This document shows positions 7,570 to 16,161 of a DNA stretch of 64,000 nucleotides, in pieces (within the stretch, counting starts at the first letter, position 1; every line of letters starts with the position of its first letter). The DNA is from Patescibacteria group bacterium (GTDB taxonomy: Bacteria; Patescibacteriota; Patescibacteriia; PEXW01), in assembly GCA_041665345.1 (NCBI GenBank), contig JBAYJA010000001.1:137206-201205 (forward strand). The letters run 5' to 3'. Position numbers and translations under genes: made by a program. Below the pieces are notes generated by a model that saw nothing but the letters and a program-made list of their open reading frames with translations, had not been told where the DNA came from and did no database searches.

Positions 7570-7706
7570 TTACCGAAGAATTCGGTGCGTTACTAGTACC
7601 GCTCCTCAAACCCACACCCTCCATCCATACTCGCTTCCAGCCCTGAGTTTATCGAAGGGCCGCCACGCCCAAACCTTTACCTCTCCAACCCTGTGGATAA
7701 CTTTGG

Positions 7707-7735
7707 GCTTGACGGCTTTTGTGAGCGGGTTTACT
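7707..7735 (+). promoter_or_regulatory. promoter gggcTTGACG-17-TACTAT upstream of the NrtR gene
   Basis: The ORF track proposes a TTG start at 7703 that falls inside this promoter-like box. I interpret the box as a promoter. Confidence 0.45.
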
Positions 7736-7759
7736 ATGTGTATATCTTACACTAAGTAT

Positions 7760-8434
7760 ATGGCCAAGGTTGCTCGGAAGTACAAATTTGCAGTCATTGC
7801 CTCGGATGTCGTCATGCTGACCGTCCGCGATGGAAAGCTGGAAGTGCTTTGCATTCAGATGCAGAAAGCGCCGTTTATTGGGAAATGGGCCGTGCCGGGC
7901 GGGTTAGTGCAGCCAACGGAATCTGTGGACGAAGCCGCACACCGGATTTTGGCGGAAAAAGCCGGAATCCATGGGGTATACCTGGAGCAGCTGTACACCT
8001 TTGGCAAAGTGCGCCGGGATCCTTTTGGCCGCGTGGTTTCTGTGGCGTACTTCGCGCTGGTGCCCAGTGACGCACTCCGTCTGAAGACCACCAAGGAGTA
8101 CAAGGATGTGCAGTGGTTTCCCGTGAAGAAACTGCCTGGCCTGGCTTACGATCACGCAGACATTGTAGCCACGGCTGTGCAGCGCCTGCAGGCCAAGCTG
8201 GGATACACCAACATTGTGTACAGTCTGCTGCCAAAAACCTTTACCCTTTCGGAACTGCAGGGTATGTACGAAACGATTTTGGGAAAAACACTGGACAAGC
8301 GAAATTTTCGGAAAAAAGTCATTGGTTTAAAGCTGGTGAAGCCGGCAGGGGAGCAGCGGAAAGGCCAGGCTAGCCGGCCAGCGGAGCTGTACCGTTTTGC
8401 CGCCACTGAACTGAAGAAAGTGGAGATTCTCTAG
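7760..8434 (+). CDS. nrtR: NrtR-family regulator (Nudix domain fused to a C-terminal winged helix)
   Basis: Nudix signature GKWAVPGGLVQPTESVDEAAHRILAEKAGI. The C-terminal TLSELQGMYETILGKTLDKRNFRKKV is typical of the NrtR DNA-binding domain. Start set at ATG 7760 (MAKVARKYKFAVIASD). Confidence 0.75.
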   Translation: MAKVARKYKFAVIASDVVMLTVRDGKLEVLCIQMQKAPFIGKWAVPGGLVQPTESVDEAAHRILAEKAGIHGVYLEQLYTFGKVRRDPFGRVVSVAYFALVPSDALRLKTTKEYKDVQWFPVKKLPGLAYDHADIVATAVQRLQAKLGYTNIVYSLLPKTFTLSELQGMYETILGKTLDKRNFRKKVIGLKLVKPAGEQRKGQASRPAELYRFAATELKKVEIL

Positions 8435-8706
8435 CAAAATTTTTTACCTTCATATAAGTGTAAATAATACACTAACTATATGAGCCTTCTCACCCAATTC
8501 TTTGATGTCAACGTTATTTTACAGACTTCGGGTCAATCATGAGGAGATCTTCCCTGAAGGTGCTTTCTTCGTAGGCCGCACTAAGGAGCGGAGGAAGCAG
8601 TTTGAAGGAAGTTCTGCTCAAAACCAGCAGATTAGCTTCCAAAATTGTAAAGCACTTTGACAATTCGAAACCACCATAGAGTATCAAGAATATGTTTTTT
8701 GTGGGC

Positions 8707-8735
8707 TTGACAAATTGTTGAAAGCCTGGTAGAGT
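8707..8735 (+). promoter_or_regulatory. promoter gggcTTGACAaa-17-TAGAGT for the four-gene operon
   Basis: Consensus -35, 17-nt spacer, TAnnnT -10. About 100 nt upstream of the first gene. Confidence 0.55.
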
Positions 8736-8838
8736 GCTTTTTCTTAGAACTGAAGTACTGGAAGAGCTGGGGGCACTTTGAAAACCTAGAAATGAAACAA
8801 TTATTAATGAGATGAATGTTTTTTTGGGAAAGGAGAGA

Positions 8839-9669
8839 ATGATGATTGTGGAAGGCTTGTCAGGTCGCTACACACTAGGCACGCAAGTAGCAGAAACTGA
8901 GAAGTACCGGCTCTACCTTTGTAGAGAAGAAAGCACAGGCCAAGAGTGCTTGCTGCAGATAGCCACAGACAATCAGCATGATGGCACACTATGCCGTTCT
9001 GCTGTTCGGCTAGAAGTACTCAAACGTGCAGCCGATGCACTTGAAGCCGAGTATGAAAAGGTTCGTGAGAACCCTGAGATGCGGCTGAATTACGCCATTG
9101 GTTTCCCTGAGTTGATTGACAGTTTTCCTTGCATTCCGCAAGGTTCACGTCAGATCAATATCCTTGCATTTAGAAATGTTGAGGATGTGAGACACATGGT
9201 GCCGCTGTGTAATATTACTGTTCGGGATCACCTCCGGGTTGATTTTCGAACCAGTGCATGGATCATGGGGAAATTATTAAAGCTCCTGGTCTTTGCGCAC
9301 AGTCAGGGCATTGCGGTTGGACGGCTGGATAGCGCGAACATTTTGATTGAGCCAAAGCAGCACTACGTGTTGTTCTTTGACTGGTCAGAAGCATTTGTCT
9401 ATCCCGAAACTGTTCCGACGGAAATTGCCCGCCAGGAAATTGCCCAGGCCGCCAACGCGGTGATTACTGTTGTTGGAGGAAATCTGGAAACAAGAACTTT
9501 CCCGGACGACGGCGATACTGCGCAAGATCGCTACACGGATTTTTTGCTGCAGCTGGCTGACGGACGTCAGCGGGATGCACAGCAGGCGCACACGGAATTC
9601 TACAAGCTCGTTGATGAGCTCTGGAAACGTGAGTATTACGAATTCACCACGCTACCCGTACACACGTAA
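8839..9669 (+). CDS. protein-kinase-like fold protein (divergent, possibly a pseudokinase)
   Basis: AHSQGIAVGRLDSANILIEPKQHYVLFFDWSEAF aligns with the kinase catalytic-loop/DFG region (HxxGIxHRDLKPxNILI...DFG). The N-terminal GRYTLGTQVAETEKYRLYL resembles a Gly-rich loop. The canonical VAIK Lys and HRD Asp are not conserved. Start at ATG 8839 follows an AAAGGAGAG SD. Confidence 0.55.
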   Translation: MMIVEGLSGRYTLGTQVAETEKYRLYLCREESTGQECLLQIATDNQHDGTLCRSAVRLEVLKRAADALEAEYEKVRENPEMRLNYAIGFPELIDSFPCIPQGSRQINILAFRNVEDVRHMVPLCNITVRDHLRVDFRTSAWIMGKLLKLLVFAHSQGIAVGRLDSANILIEPKQHYVLFFDWSEAFVYPETVPTEIARQEIAQAANAVITVVGGNLETRTFPDDGDTAQDRYTDFLLQLADGRQRDAQQAHTEFYKLVDELWKREYYEFTTLPVHT

Positions 9670-9690
9670 ACACAGGAAGGAGTTTGATTC

Positions 9691-10809
9691 ATGGGAAAAG
9701 AAACTTTCTCACGAACCACGTACAGCAAATCGTACGCGAAATTCGCGTCAAAAGATGGTCCGGCAACGTCAAAGGCTGAGCAAACAGCCCACAAAACTGG
9801 TAAGCTGAATCCGCTTGTTGATCCGCAGGGATTTGGCGTGATTCGGCGTTCACTGCTTCGTCTGGAGCAGCTCCCAAATAAACTTTGGGAAGTGACCGTC
9901 GGAAGTCCACTCCCTATCGAAACCCGAGTCGACACGACCGGCAGCATGGGGCATAACGTTGATATTGCTTTACGGGTTCTTCCGAATGCATTTGAGCAGA
10001 TCAGCGAGGTAACCCCGGGCTACGATCAGCAGGTTGCCACCGGTATTTTTGGTGACGTGCAGGACCGGTTTGTCCTGTGCCGTCCGCAGTTTGAAATGGT
10101 TGCGGAGAAAATCGTTGAGCAGCTAACCTTAATGGTTCCTGAGCGAGCCGGTGGTGATGCTGACGAAGATCCGCACTACGGCCTATTTGGAGCCGCTTAC
10201 CTGGTTGCCGCGTACATTAATCGGATCGGTCTGAAAAGGTACGATTTCACTGCTTCTGATGCGTCAGCGCGTGATCGACTTGATGAAAGTCAACTTATCC
10301 GAATATTCGGACCCGACGTTTTCGCCAAGGTCGCCGAAAATGGGCATCAAATGCGCGCCGATGATCTCCCCACAACAGCTGATGTTGTGCAAGATCTCCT
10401 CAAACGCGCACATGCCTTTTTCCTGCAGGTTGGCGACAATTCGGAGACCACCAGATTCTGGACAAGAATCTACGGTCGCGAACGCGTGGTCATTCTGCCA
10501 AGCACCGAGCTAATGCCTCAGGTGCAGGCAACGATCATTGGACTGACCGAAGGAACACTCGATCTGAAAGATGTGCCGGCATTCCTGAAGAAGCACAATG
10601 TGCAATTGGGGGATGCTGAGAAAATCGCCCGTTCGGTTGCCAATATTCCAATTGGCGCACAAGCCGCGTTGCCGAATTTTTCCAAGCGTCCCAAGAAGGG
10701 TGACCTCTTCCGTGAGAAGACCGACCTTTGGCCGGTTGATCCACAGGAGCTTGGAAAAGCTAAGCCCCATAAGGCAAAGCCAGGCGACAAAAAGACTGAA
10801 TGGCTGTAA
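9691..10809 (+). CDS. von Willebrand factor A (vWA) domain protein
   Basis: RVDTTGSMG MIDAS (DxSxS-like) motif after a beta strand. A later GGD segment is present. AGGAAGGAG SD 7 nt upstream. Confidence 0.6.
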   Translation: MGKETFSRTTYSKSYAKFASKDGPATSKAEQTAHKTGKLNPLVDPQGFGVIRRSLLRLEQLPNKLWEVTVGSPLPIETRVDTTGSMGHNVDIALRVLPNAFEQISEVTPGYDQQVATGIFGDVQDRFVLCRPQFEMVAEKIVEQLTLMVPERAGGDADEDPHYGLFGAAYLVAAYINRIGLKRYDFTASDASARDRLDESQLIRIFGPDVFAKVAENGHQMRADDLPTTADVVQDLLKRAHAFFLQVGDNSETTRFWTRIYGRERVVILPSTELMPQVQATIIGLTEGTLDLKDVPAFLKKHNVQLGDAEKIARSVANIPIGAQAALPNFSKRPKKGDLFREKTDLWPVDPQELGKAKPHKAKPGDKKTEWL

Positions 10810-10836
10810 ACCCCCTCTCACGACAAACCGAATGAG

Positions 10837-12228
10837 GTGATGATGACGAACAAAGTCTACGTTGTCACCGATCTCGGTCCAGGAGACGGTGGCAAAGGTG
10901 GTGTGGTGCACAAAATCTCCACGATGCAGTGCGCGCATACCATTATTAAAGTCGGCGGTGCGCAGGGAAGCCACGGTGTCTGCACCTCGCAGGGTGAAAG
11001 CTTTGCTTTCAGCCAGTGGGGTTGCGGGACGCTGGAAGGGGTGAAAACACACATCTCCTCAGAGATGGTTGTCATGCCCGAAGGTTTACTGAATGAAGCT
11101 GATACCCTGCGCTACAACTGTGGAGTGCACAATGCCTTTGATCTCCTCACGGTTGATGAAAGTGCGCTGTGCGCCACACCCTACCATGGTATTGCCTCAC
11201 GCCTGAAAGAGATGGCGTTGGGCGACCACCCGCGTGGAACCATTGGTACCGGCGTTGGCGAAGCGTTCCGCATAGCGGAACGCATGCCAGAGCTCGCACT
11301 ATACGTTCGTGATCTTTCACGAGCGCATTTGCGACAAAAATTAGCTGACTGCAGAGAGCAAATCCGTTCCGATCTTGCAGGAGTGATGCGCGGGGAATTT
11401 TCCGGTGCTGACCAGGAAGCTGCGCAGCAGGAAATGCATCTTCTGTATGATGATGATTTCCTGACGTATGTCTTCCAACGCTTCCAAACAGTTGGGAAAC
11501 GGGCAACAATTGTTGATCCTGGCTATCTTGGGAGGGAGATTCTCTCGCAAGACGGAGTAGCAATCGTGGAGAAATCCCACGGGGTGCTCACTGATCGCTA
11601 TCATGGTTTTCATCCCCATACCAGCGCTATTCGGACATTGCCATGCTTTGCCGAAGCAATGTTGAGGCGCGCTGGCTATGGCGGAAGTATTATCCACCTT
11701 GGTGTTACTCGGGCATACCAGATTCGCCATGGAGCCGGACCCATGCCAACTGCTGATCCAGCAATGGCAGAACACTTGCTTCCGGGTAGTCACAAGGAGG
11801 AGAATCGTTACCAAGGCAAGATTCGCGTTGGTCCGCTGGATCTTGTCCTGCTTCGCTACGCCCTAGCAGCCTGTGGAGGTCCAACCGCTTTCGATGGCCT
11901 TGCCGTCACGTGGTTTGATCAAATACAGGCAAATGGTGCTTGGCACCTGTGCGATGGGTACGAGGGCAGTATTGGGCAAGACTTTTTCACACCCCTGGGT
12001 GATATAAAAGTCCGGCACGGCAATGATGCGAACCAGCTTGCGTACCAAGAAGCTTTGGGGCAGCACCTCTTGTGCTGCACGCCCAAGCTGCAAACTGTCC
12101 ACTTTTCACCAACCGAAACGCGAGACAATTTGTTCGCGCTTTGTGCTGGTGTGTTACAAGAAAAATTAGGCATTACAACCAGAATGATCTCGTTTGGGCC
12201 AACTGAACGAGACAAAACGTGCAAGTGA
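10837..12228 (+). CDS. adenylosuccinate-synthetase (PurA) family paralogue, divergent
   Basis: P-loop VVTDLGPGDGGKGGVV (PurA GDEGKGK). GGAQGSHGV (PurA GGHNAGHT). HPRGTIGTGVGEAF (PurA TTGRGIGPAY). TRAYQIRHGAGPMPT (PurA GSGPFPTE). Overlaps the next gene, so translational coupling is likely. Confidence 0.8.
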   Translation: MMMTNKVYVVTDLGPGDGGKGGVVHKISTMQCAHTIIKVGGAQGSHGVCTSQGESFAFSQWGCGTLEGVKTHISSEMVVMPEGLLNEADTLRYNCGVHNAFDLLTVDESALCATPYHGIASRLKEMALGDHPRGTIGTGVGEAFRIAERMPELALYVRDLSRAHLRQKLADCREQIRSDLAGVMRGEFSGADQEAAQQEMHLLYDDDFLTYVFQRFQTVGKRATIVDPGYLGREILSQDGVAIVEKSHGVLTDRYHGFHPHTSAIRTLPCFAEAMLRRAGYGGSIIHLGVTRAYQIRHGAGPMPTADPAMAEHLLPGSHKEENRYQGKIRVGPLDLVLLRYALAACGGPTAFDGLAVTWFDQIQANGAWHLCDGYEGSIGQDFFTPLGDIKVRHGNDANQLAYQEALGQHLLCCTPKLQTVHFSPTETRDNLFALCAGVLQEKLGITTRMISFGPTERDKTCK

Positions 12229-12248
12229 AACTTGCAGGAGGACAAACA

Positions 12249-13247
12249 ATGTCAGGAGAAACCCTTGATCCGGTAACTGCTAAACTTCGCGAACTTGGCG
12301 TTGACGATGCAACGATCGGAAAAATTAAAGATGATCTCGGCGCGACGAGTGTTGAAGATCTTGCCGGTCTGACCGAAGCCGATCTCATCGGTACGGGCAT
12401 GAAGGTTTTGCAGGCAAGAAAATTACTTGCCGCGCTTGCCCCTACCGCCTCGCCTACTGCTGATCCTACCGCTGAATTAGCCGAAGGTGAGCAGCCTTCC
12501 AAAGCGCAGGTGAGTGGCTTTGCTGGCATGCTTGGCGCTGATCCTACCGCTCTGCTCCTGCTCATGAGCGGTAAGGGTGGTGATATGGATCTTACATCCA
12601 TGATATCTATTGCTAGCCTGGTCAACGGGTATAATCCCAAACGCCGAGACTTGTACTTGACGGTTATGGGTCAGGTTGAAGGTCGGCTTGGATTACCCAT
12701 TGTTGTTATCGACGGCGATGGCAGCATCAACCGCGAACTTACCATCGAGTACATTGAAGGACTCGAGGAAGGACGTGATTCTGCCGAAAACAACATCTAT
12801 TTCGATTCAACCGGCTCGCCGCATGAAGTCATTCGCGTTGGTGTTGATGCACAGAGCATCTACGACGCTGATCCGTTGAATCCAAGTCGGGCACTGCAGA
12901 AGAGTGGTATGGGTATTGGTCGCGTGAATTGGACCAACGTACCGCTGGAAGTTCGTCAGGTCGCATACTATGCGGTCACCAAAACGGGTGAAATCGACCC
13001 GAATAATGATGCGCATCAGTCGTGGCTCCGTGACAAAATGAAACCAGGCTCAACTCGTCTGGTCTTTCATGGGCAGGCTCCACGTGCAATCAGCGAATTC
13101 AACGAAGCGGCTCGTACTGGTTCGTTACCAACACTTCGGGTCATGCTTTCGCGTGGTCCGCGCCGTCCGGAGTTTATGCCGCGTCGCCGTCGATCATCGC
13201 CAGCCGACCTTACCGGCATTGGCGGACGTCGAGACGATGACATCTAG
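12249..13247 (+). CDS. hypothetical protein with N-terminal tandem HeH/SAP-like helix-hairpin motifs and an Arg-rich C-terminus
   Basis: LRELGVDDATIGKIKDDLGATSVEDLAGLTEADLIG resembles Rho-N/SAP/LEM HeH repeats. An Ala/Pro linker and an unknown C-terminal domain follow. ATG 12249 sits 6 nt after a GCAGGAGGA SD. The in-frame GTG 12219 overlaps the PurA-like stop. Confidence 0.5.
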   Translation: MSGETLDPVTAKLRELGVDDATIGKIKDDLGATSVEDLAGLTEADLIGTGMKVLQARKLLAALAPTASPTADPTAELAEGEQPSKAQVSGFAGMLGADPTALLLLMSGKGGDMDLTSMISIASLVNGYNPKRRDLYLTVMGQVEGRLGLPIVVIDGDGSINRELTIEYIEGLEEGRDSAENNIYFDSTGSPHEVIRVGVDAQSIYDADPLNPSRALQKSGMGIGRVNWTNVPLEVRQVAYYAVTKTGEIDPNNDAHQSWLRDKMKPGSTRLVFHGQAPRAISEFNEAARTGSLPTLRVMLSRGPRRPEFMPRRRRSSPADLTGIGGRRDDDI

Positions 13248-13280
13248 TCGTTAATCGTTCCTTTTTCCACTTTGGTGGGG

Positions 13281-13309
13281 TGGCCAGAAAGCATTACGCT
13301 TTCTGGCCA
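13281..13309. terminator. bidirectional terminator hairpin tggccagaaagc-attac-gctttctggcca
   Basis: Perfect 12-bp stem flanked by T/A runs, between convergent genes. Confidence 0.8.
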
Positions 13310-13315
13310 TTTATT

Positions 13316-15286
13316 TTACTTGATTTTTGGCAAGAATACCCGGTTCGCGTAGAGTTGGGTTGCTAGCTGGCGGTAGCCCGAATCCCAGAAGGTGCTCTGC
13401 CCGTCAATGCGATCAGCGTGTGGTGTTTGGATGCCGCCGTGTGCAGGAAAGAATCGTTCATAGCCCTTGTGCATCAAGCGGTACTGGAGGGTGTCGCGTT
13501 CCAGTTCTTCAATGTACAGTCCCCGCGCTTCTCGCCCATGCAGAGTTTTCTGCGTGTCATACATATACGGTGTTAGCAGTTTTTCGCGCAGTTCGCGAAT
13601 CTCGCTGGCGTTTCCTTCCCAGGCCGCGCCAAAGAGAATATGTGTCCAAGAGCTTTCGCCCAGGGATACTTCAGGACTGTTAAAGTCCTGTACACCTAGA
13701 CCCCCTTTCGTTTCCTCAAGCCAGAATGCAACAACATCACCCTGCAGGTGATTTTGGGTAAAAGTTTCTTTCAGCTGCTTCTGCAGTTTTTCGTGCTCAC
13801 TTGGGGCTACCCCTGGCCGCACGAAGACGCCGGTATCCACATCCGCACCGTTAGCGCCGTAACCCTTCAGCCGTGAACCGAAAAGCAATACCACCGGGTA
13901 GAGTTTTTGCGACAGTTCTGGGTTTGCTTCAATGGCCGCCACAATGTTCTGGGTGTCCTGCACCTCTGCTTTCAGCTCTGAGAGGTTCTTAGAAAACGGT
14001 CCGGCGAGCGCAGGGACGGAAATATCCAGCGCTTCAAGCTCCGACGTTGTAATAAGTTGTAGGCCATGGAGACGGAAGAAAGTTTTTTCTAGCTCCTCAT
14101 GTACTGCTGGCGCAGCTGTGTGCCAGAGAGCGGTGAGCGTATCCTGGTAGCGCTCAAAGAGCACCTGCGCTGCTTGGGGGTTGGTTCGTGTGATTGCTTC
14201 AATAGCCTTGCGGATGCCGTTGATGGCTGCTTGCTGGCTTTCTACGCTGGCCTTCGGGTCAAAATACTCCTCAAGGGTGTGCTGATTGAGTGCTCCATTG
14301 GCGATTGCAGTTTGTAGGGCATCCCCAAGCGTTTCCAGAATTTTGCGTTTTTTTTCGCGTGTTAGCCACGCTTCCCGTTTCTTGGTCATACCCGTGTACG
14401 TCTCAGCGTCAATTTGCTTAAATGCATTTTGGATTGTTTCTTGCAATGCGGAAGGGGATAGGGTTGATGCTGTTGTAGTTTCTTGCTTCTCTGAATGTTC
14501 AGAGGGTATAGAAATTTCTAGCGTCACGTTTCTGACAAAAGCATTGGAAGATGCATGCATTGCTTTCAGCTCTGCCTCATGAAGAAGGCCCAGATCTGCC
14601 AAAACCGGTAGCGTGTCTGCAATGCTCTGTTGCAGCGTTTCATCGTCACTAGATTCCAGAAGCTCCACCACCTCCTGGGTTGTCATGAGATTCCGCTCAA
14701 CGAGTTTGGGAATCAGGTGTGCAGCTTTCACAACCCGTGGTAGATCTCCCGCTCGTGATTCCACATCCAGTACGTCGCCGTCAACAAAGTTTGCCCGGAC
14801 ATCGTGCACCGACAAAAGTTTCTCCCACGCCCTACTGTACGCCTGGCGGAATTCCTCCGTAGCCTGTTGCAGCGCTGGAGAGTCTGGTTCCCAGGTCTTT
14901 GGCGGTAAAAATTCAAAGGGGAGGTAGAGTGCTATCCGTTGGTAATCCTCATCTTCAAGCAGGTATTGCAGTGAAGTGTAGAGTTCCGCCACTTCTGCCT
15001 CAGGAATGTTGCCGTTGGCCACTGCTTCTTCCAATGGAAGATCTGGCCGAGGCAGACGAGAGATGACTTCTTGCAACCTTTGATTCAGTTGCCGGCGCGA
15101 TTCAACCTGATTCTGGAATGCCTCATTTTTGGTGACATGGTCAGGCCAGACCTCTGCCGCATGAGCAAGATCCAGGAAGGATTCCACTGCCGGAGGGGCA
15201 ATAGGGTATCCTTCAGCTCGTTCATGTTCTCGTTTGTAGCCTTCATGGTTCATGTACGTAGCATAAAGTGAATACTCAAAACACAC
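13316..15286 (-). CDS. large protein with a C-terminal Pol-beta-type (minimal) nucleotidyltransferase domain
   Basis: LLFGSRLKGYGANGADVDTGVFV matches the GS-x9-13-DxD NTase motif at about residues 455-480 of 656. The 450-aa N-terminal region is helical and acidic, with no motif I recognise. Confidence 0.6.
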   Translation of the reverse strand: MCFEYSLYATYMNHEGYKREHERAEGYPIAPPAVESFLDLAHAAEVWPDHVTKNEAFQNQVESRRQLNQRLQEVISRLPRPDLPLEEAVANGNIPEAEVAELYTSLQYLLEDEDYQRIALYLPFEFLPPKTWEPDSPALQQATEEFRQAYSRAWEKLLSVHDVRANFVDGDVLDVESRAGDLPRVVKAAHLIPKLVERNLMTTQEVVELLESSDDETLQQSIADTLPVLADLGLLHEAELKAMHASSNAFVRNVTLEISIPSEHSEKQETTTASTLSPSALQETIQNAFKQIDAETYTGMTKKREAWLTREKKRKILETLGDALQTAIANGALNQHTLEEYFDPKASVESQQAAINGIRKAIEAITRTNPQAAQVLFERYQDTLTALWHTAAPAVHEELEKTFFRLHGLQLITTSELEALDISVPALAGPFSKNLSELKAEVQDTQNIVAAIEANPELSQKLYPVVLLFGSRLKGYGANGADVDTGVFVRPGVAPSEHEKLQKQLKETFTQNHLQGDVVAFWLEETKGGLGVQDFNSPEVSLGESSWTHILFGAAWEGNASEIRELREKLLTPYMYDTQKTLHGREARGLYIEELERDTLQYRLMHKGYERFFPAHGGIQTPHADRIDGQSTFWDSGYRQLATQLYANRVFLPKIK

Positions 15287-15407
15287 AACATATTTTATTA
15301 GCCTAGCACTTGCCTACGTAACACCCGTCTTCATCCCTTGAAAAAATGTTTATTTCACCTCTTGACAAGAGTAACAAAAAATGAGAAGGTTGCGGGTCTA
15401 AAAACCA

Positions 15408-15448
15408 GAGATTTGGGAGTGCAAAAGTGCATTTTCACTCCCAAATCT
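15408..15448. promoter_or_regulatory. 41-bp inverted repeat (agatttgggagtg-N14-cactcccaaatct) in the divergent promoter region between the NTase gene and pncA; candidate operator
   Basis: Perfect 13-bp arms. It lies between divergent starts, so it is not a terminator. Confidence 0.45.
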
Positions 15449-15532
15449 TTCCCCTCAATTTCTATTGGATTGAAGGGCAAAAAATGAATAAAAATAACCG
15501 AAATTGTTCACCATTTACAAGAAGGAGGTAGC

Positions 15533-16081
15533 ATGGGAAACCGTGCGCACATCACCATCGATGTGCAGAATGACTTTTGCCCTGAGGGAAGACTTGCGGT
15601 TACTGCGGGTGATGAAGTTGTACCCGTCATTAACCAGCGGGTGAAGAATCCTGCTTATAAACGCAAGTACAATTCCCGTGATTGGCATCCGCCCGGTTCG
15701 GAGCATTTTAAGAAATGGCCGACGCACTGTGTGGAAAAAACTTTGGGTGCAGCCTTTCATCCGGATTTGGATCTCACAGACGCAGTGATTATTACCAAAG
15801 GTCAAGACCCGGCGCTCGATGGTTACAGCGCCTTTGAGGGTACGACGTCCTGGGGAGCAATGCTGGAAGATGATCTTCGCGCACATGGAATCACCGACAT
15901 TGACATCGAAGGTTTGGCTACTGAATATTGCGTGAAGAAATCTGCTATTGATGGAGCCAAACGTGGTTTCAACGTTACGGTGTACCTCGATGGCTGCCGG
16001 GCAGTGAATATCAAGCCGGGCGACGAAGAAGCAGCGATTGTCGAAATGCGTGCCGCCGGCGTCAACGTTGTGGCCGCCTAA
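15533..16081 (+). CDS. pncA: nicotinamidase/pyrazinamidase (isochorismatase family)
   Basis: ITIDVQNDFC...RDWHPPGSEHF...TEYCVKKSAIDG fits the Asp/Lys/Cys triad pattern. AGGAGG SD. Confidence 0.75.
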   Translation: MGNRAHITIDVQNDFCPEGRLAVTAGDEVVPVINQRVKNPAYKRKYNSRDWHPPGSEHFKKWPTHCVEKTLGAAFHPDLDLTDAVIITKGQDPALDGYSAFEGTTSWGAMLEDDLRAHGITDIDIEGLATEYCVKKSAIDGAKRGFNVTVYLDGCRAVNIKPGDEEAAIVEMRAAGVNVVAA

Positions 16082-16161
16082 GCATAAACCGCTCATTCGC
16101 ACTTGGAGGTACGCGTTCAACTCGCGTACCTCCACCCAAAAAATTTCTTTTAGAGCTTTGT

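Noticed and set aside
7703-7759. TTG start at 7703 for NrtR.
   Set aside because: The first codons coincide with a gggcTTGACG-17-TACTAT promoter box. NrtR homologues begin near MAKVARKYKF.
13316-15286. Calling the NTase protein a CBASS CD-NTase (cGAS/DncV-like nucleotidyltransferase).
   Set aside because: The NTase motif is C-terminal, not N-terminal. No effector or Cap2/Cap3 genes are adjacent. Only a generic minimal-NTase signature is present.
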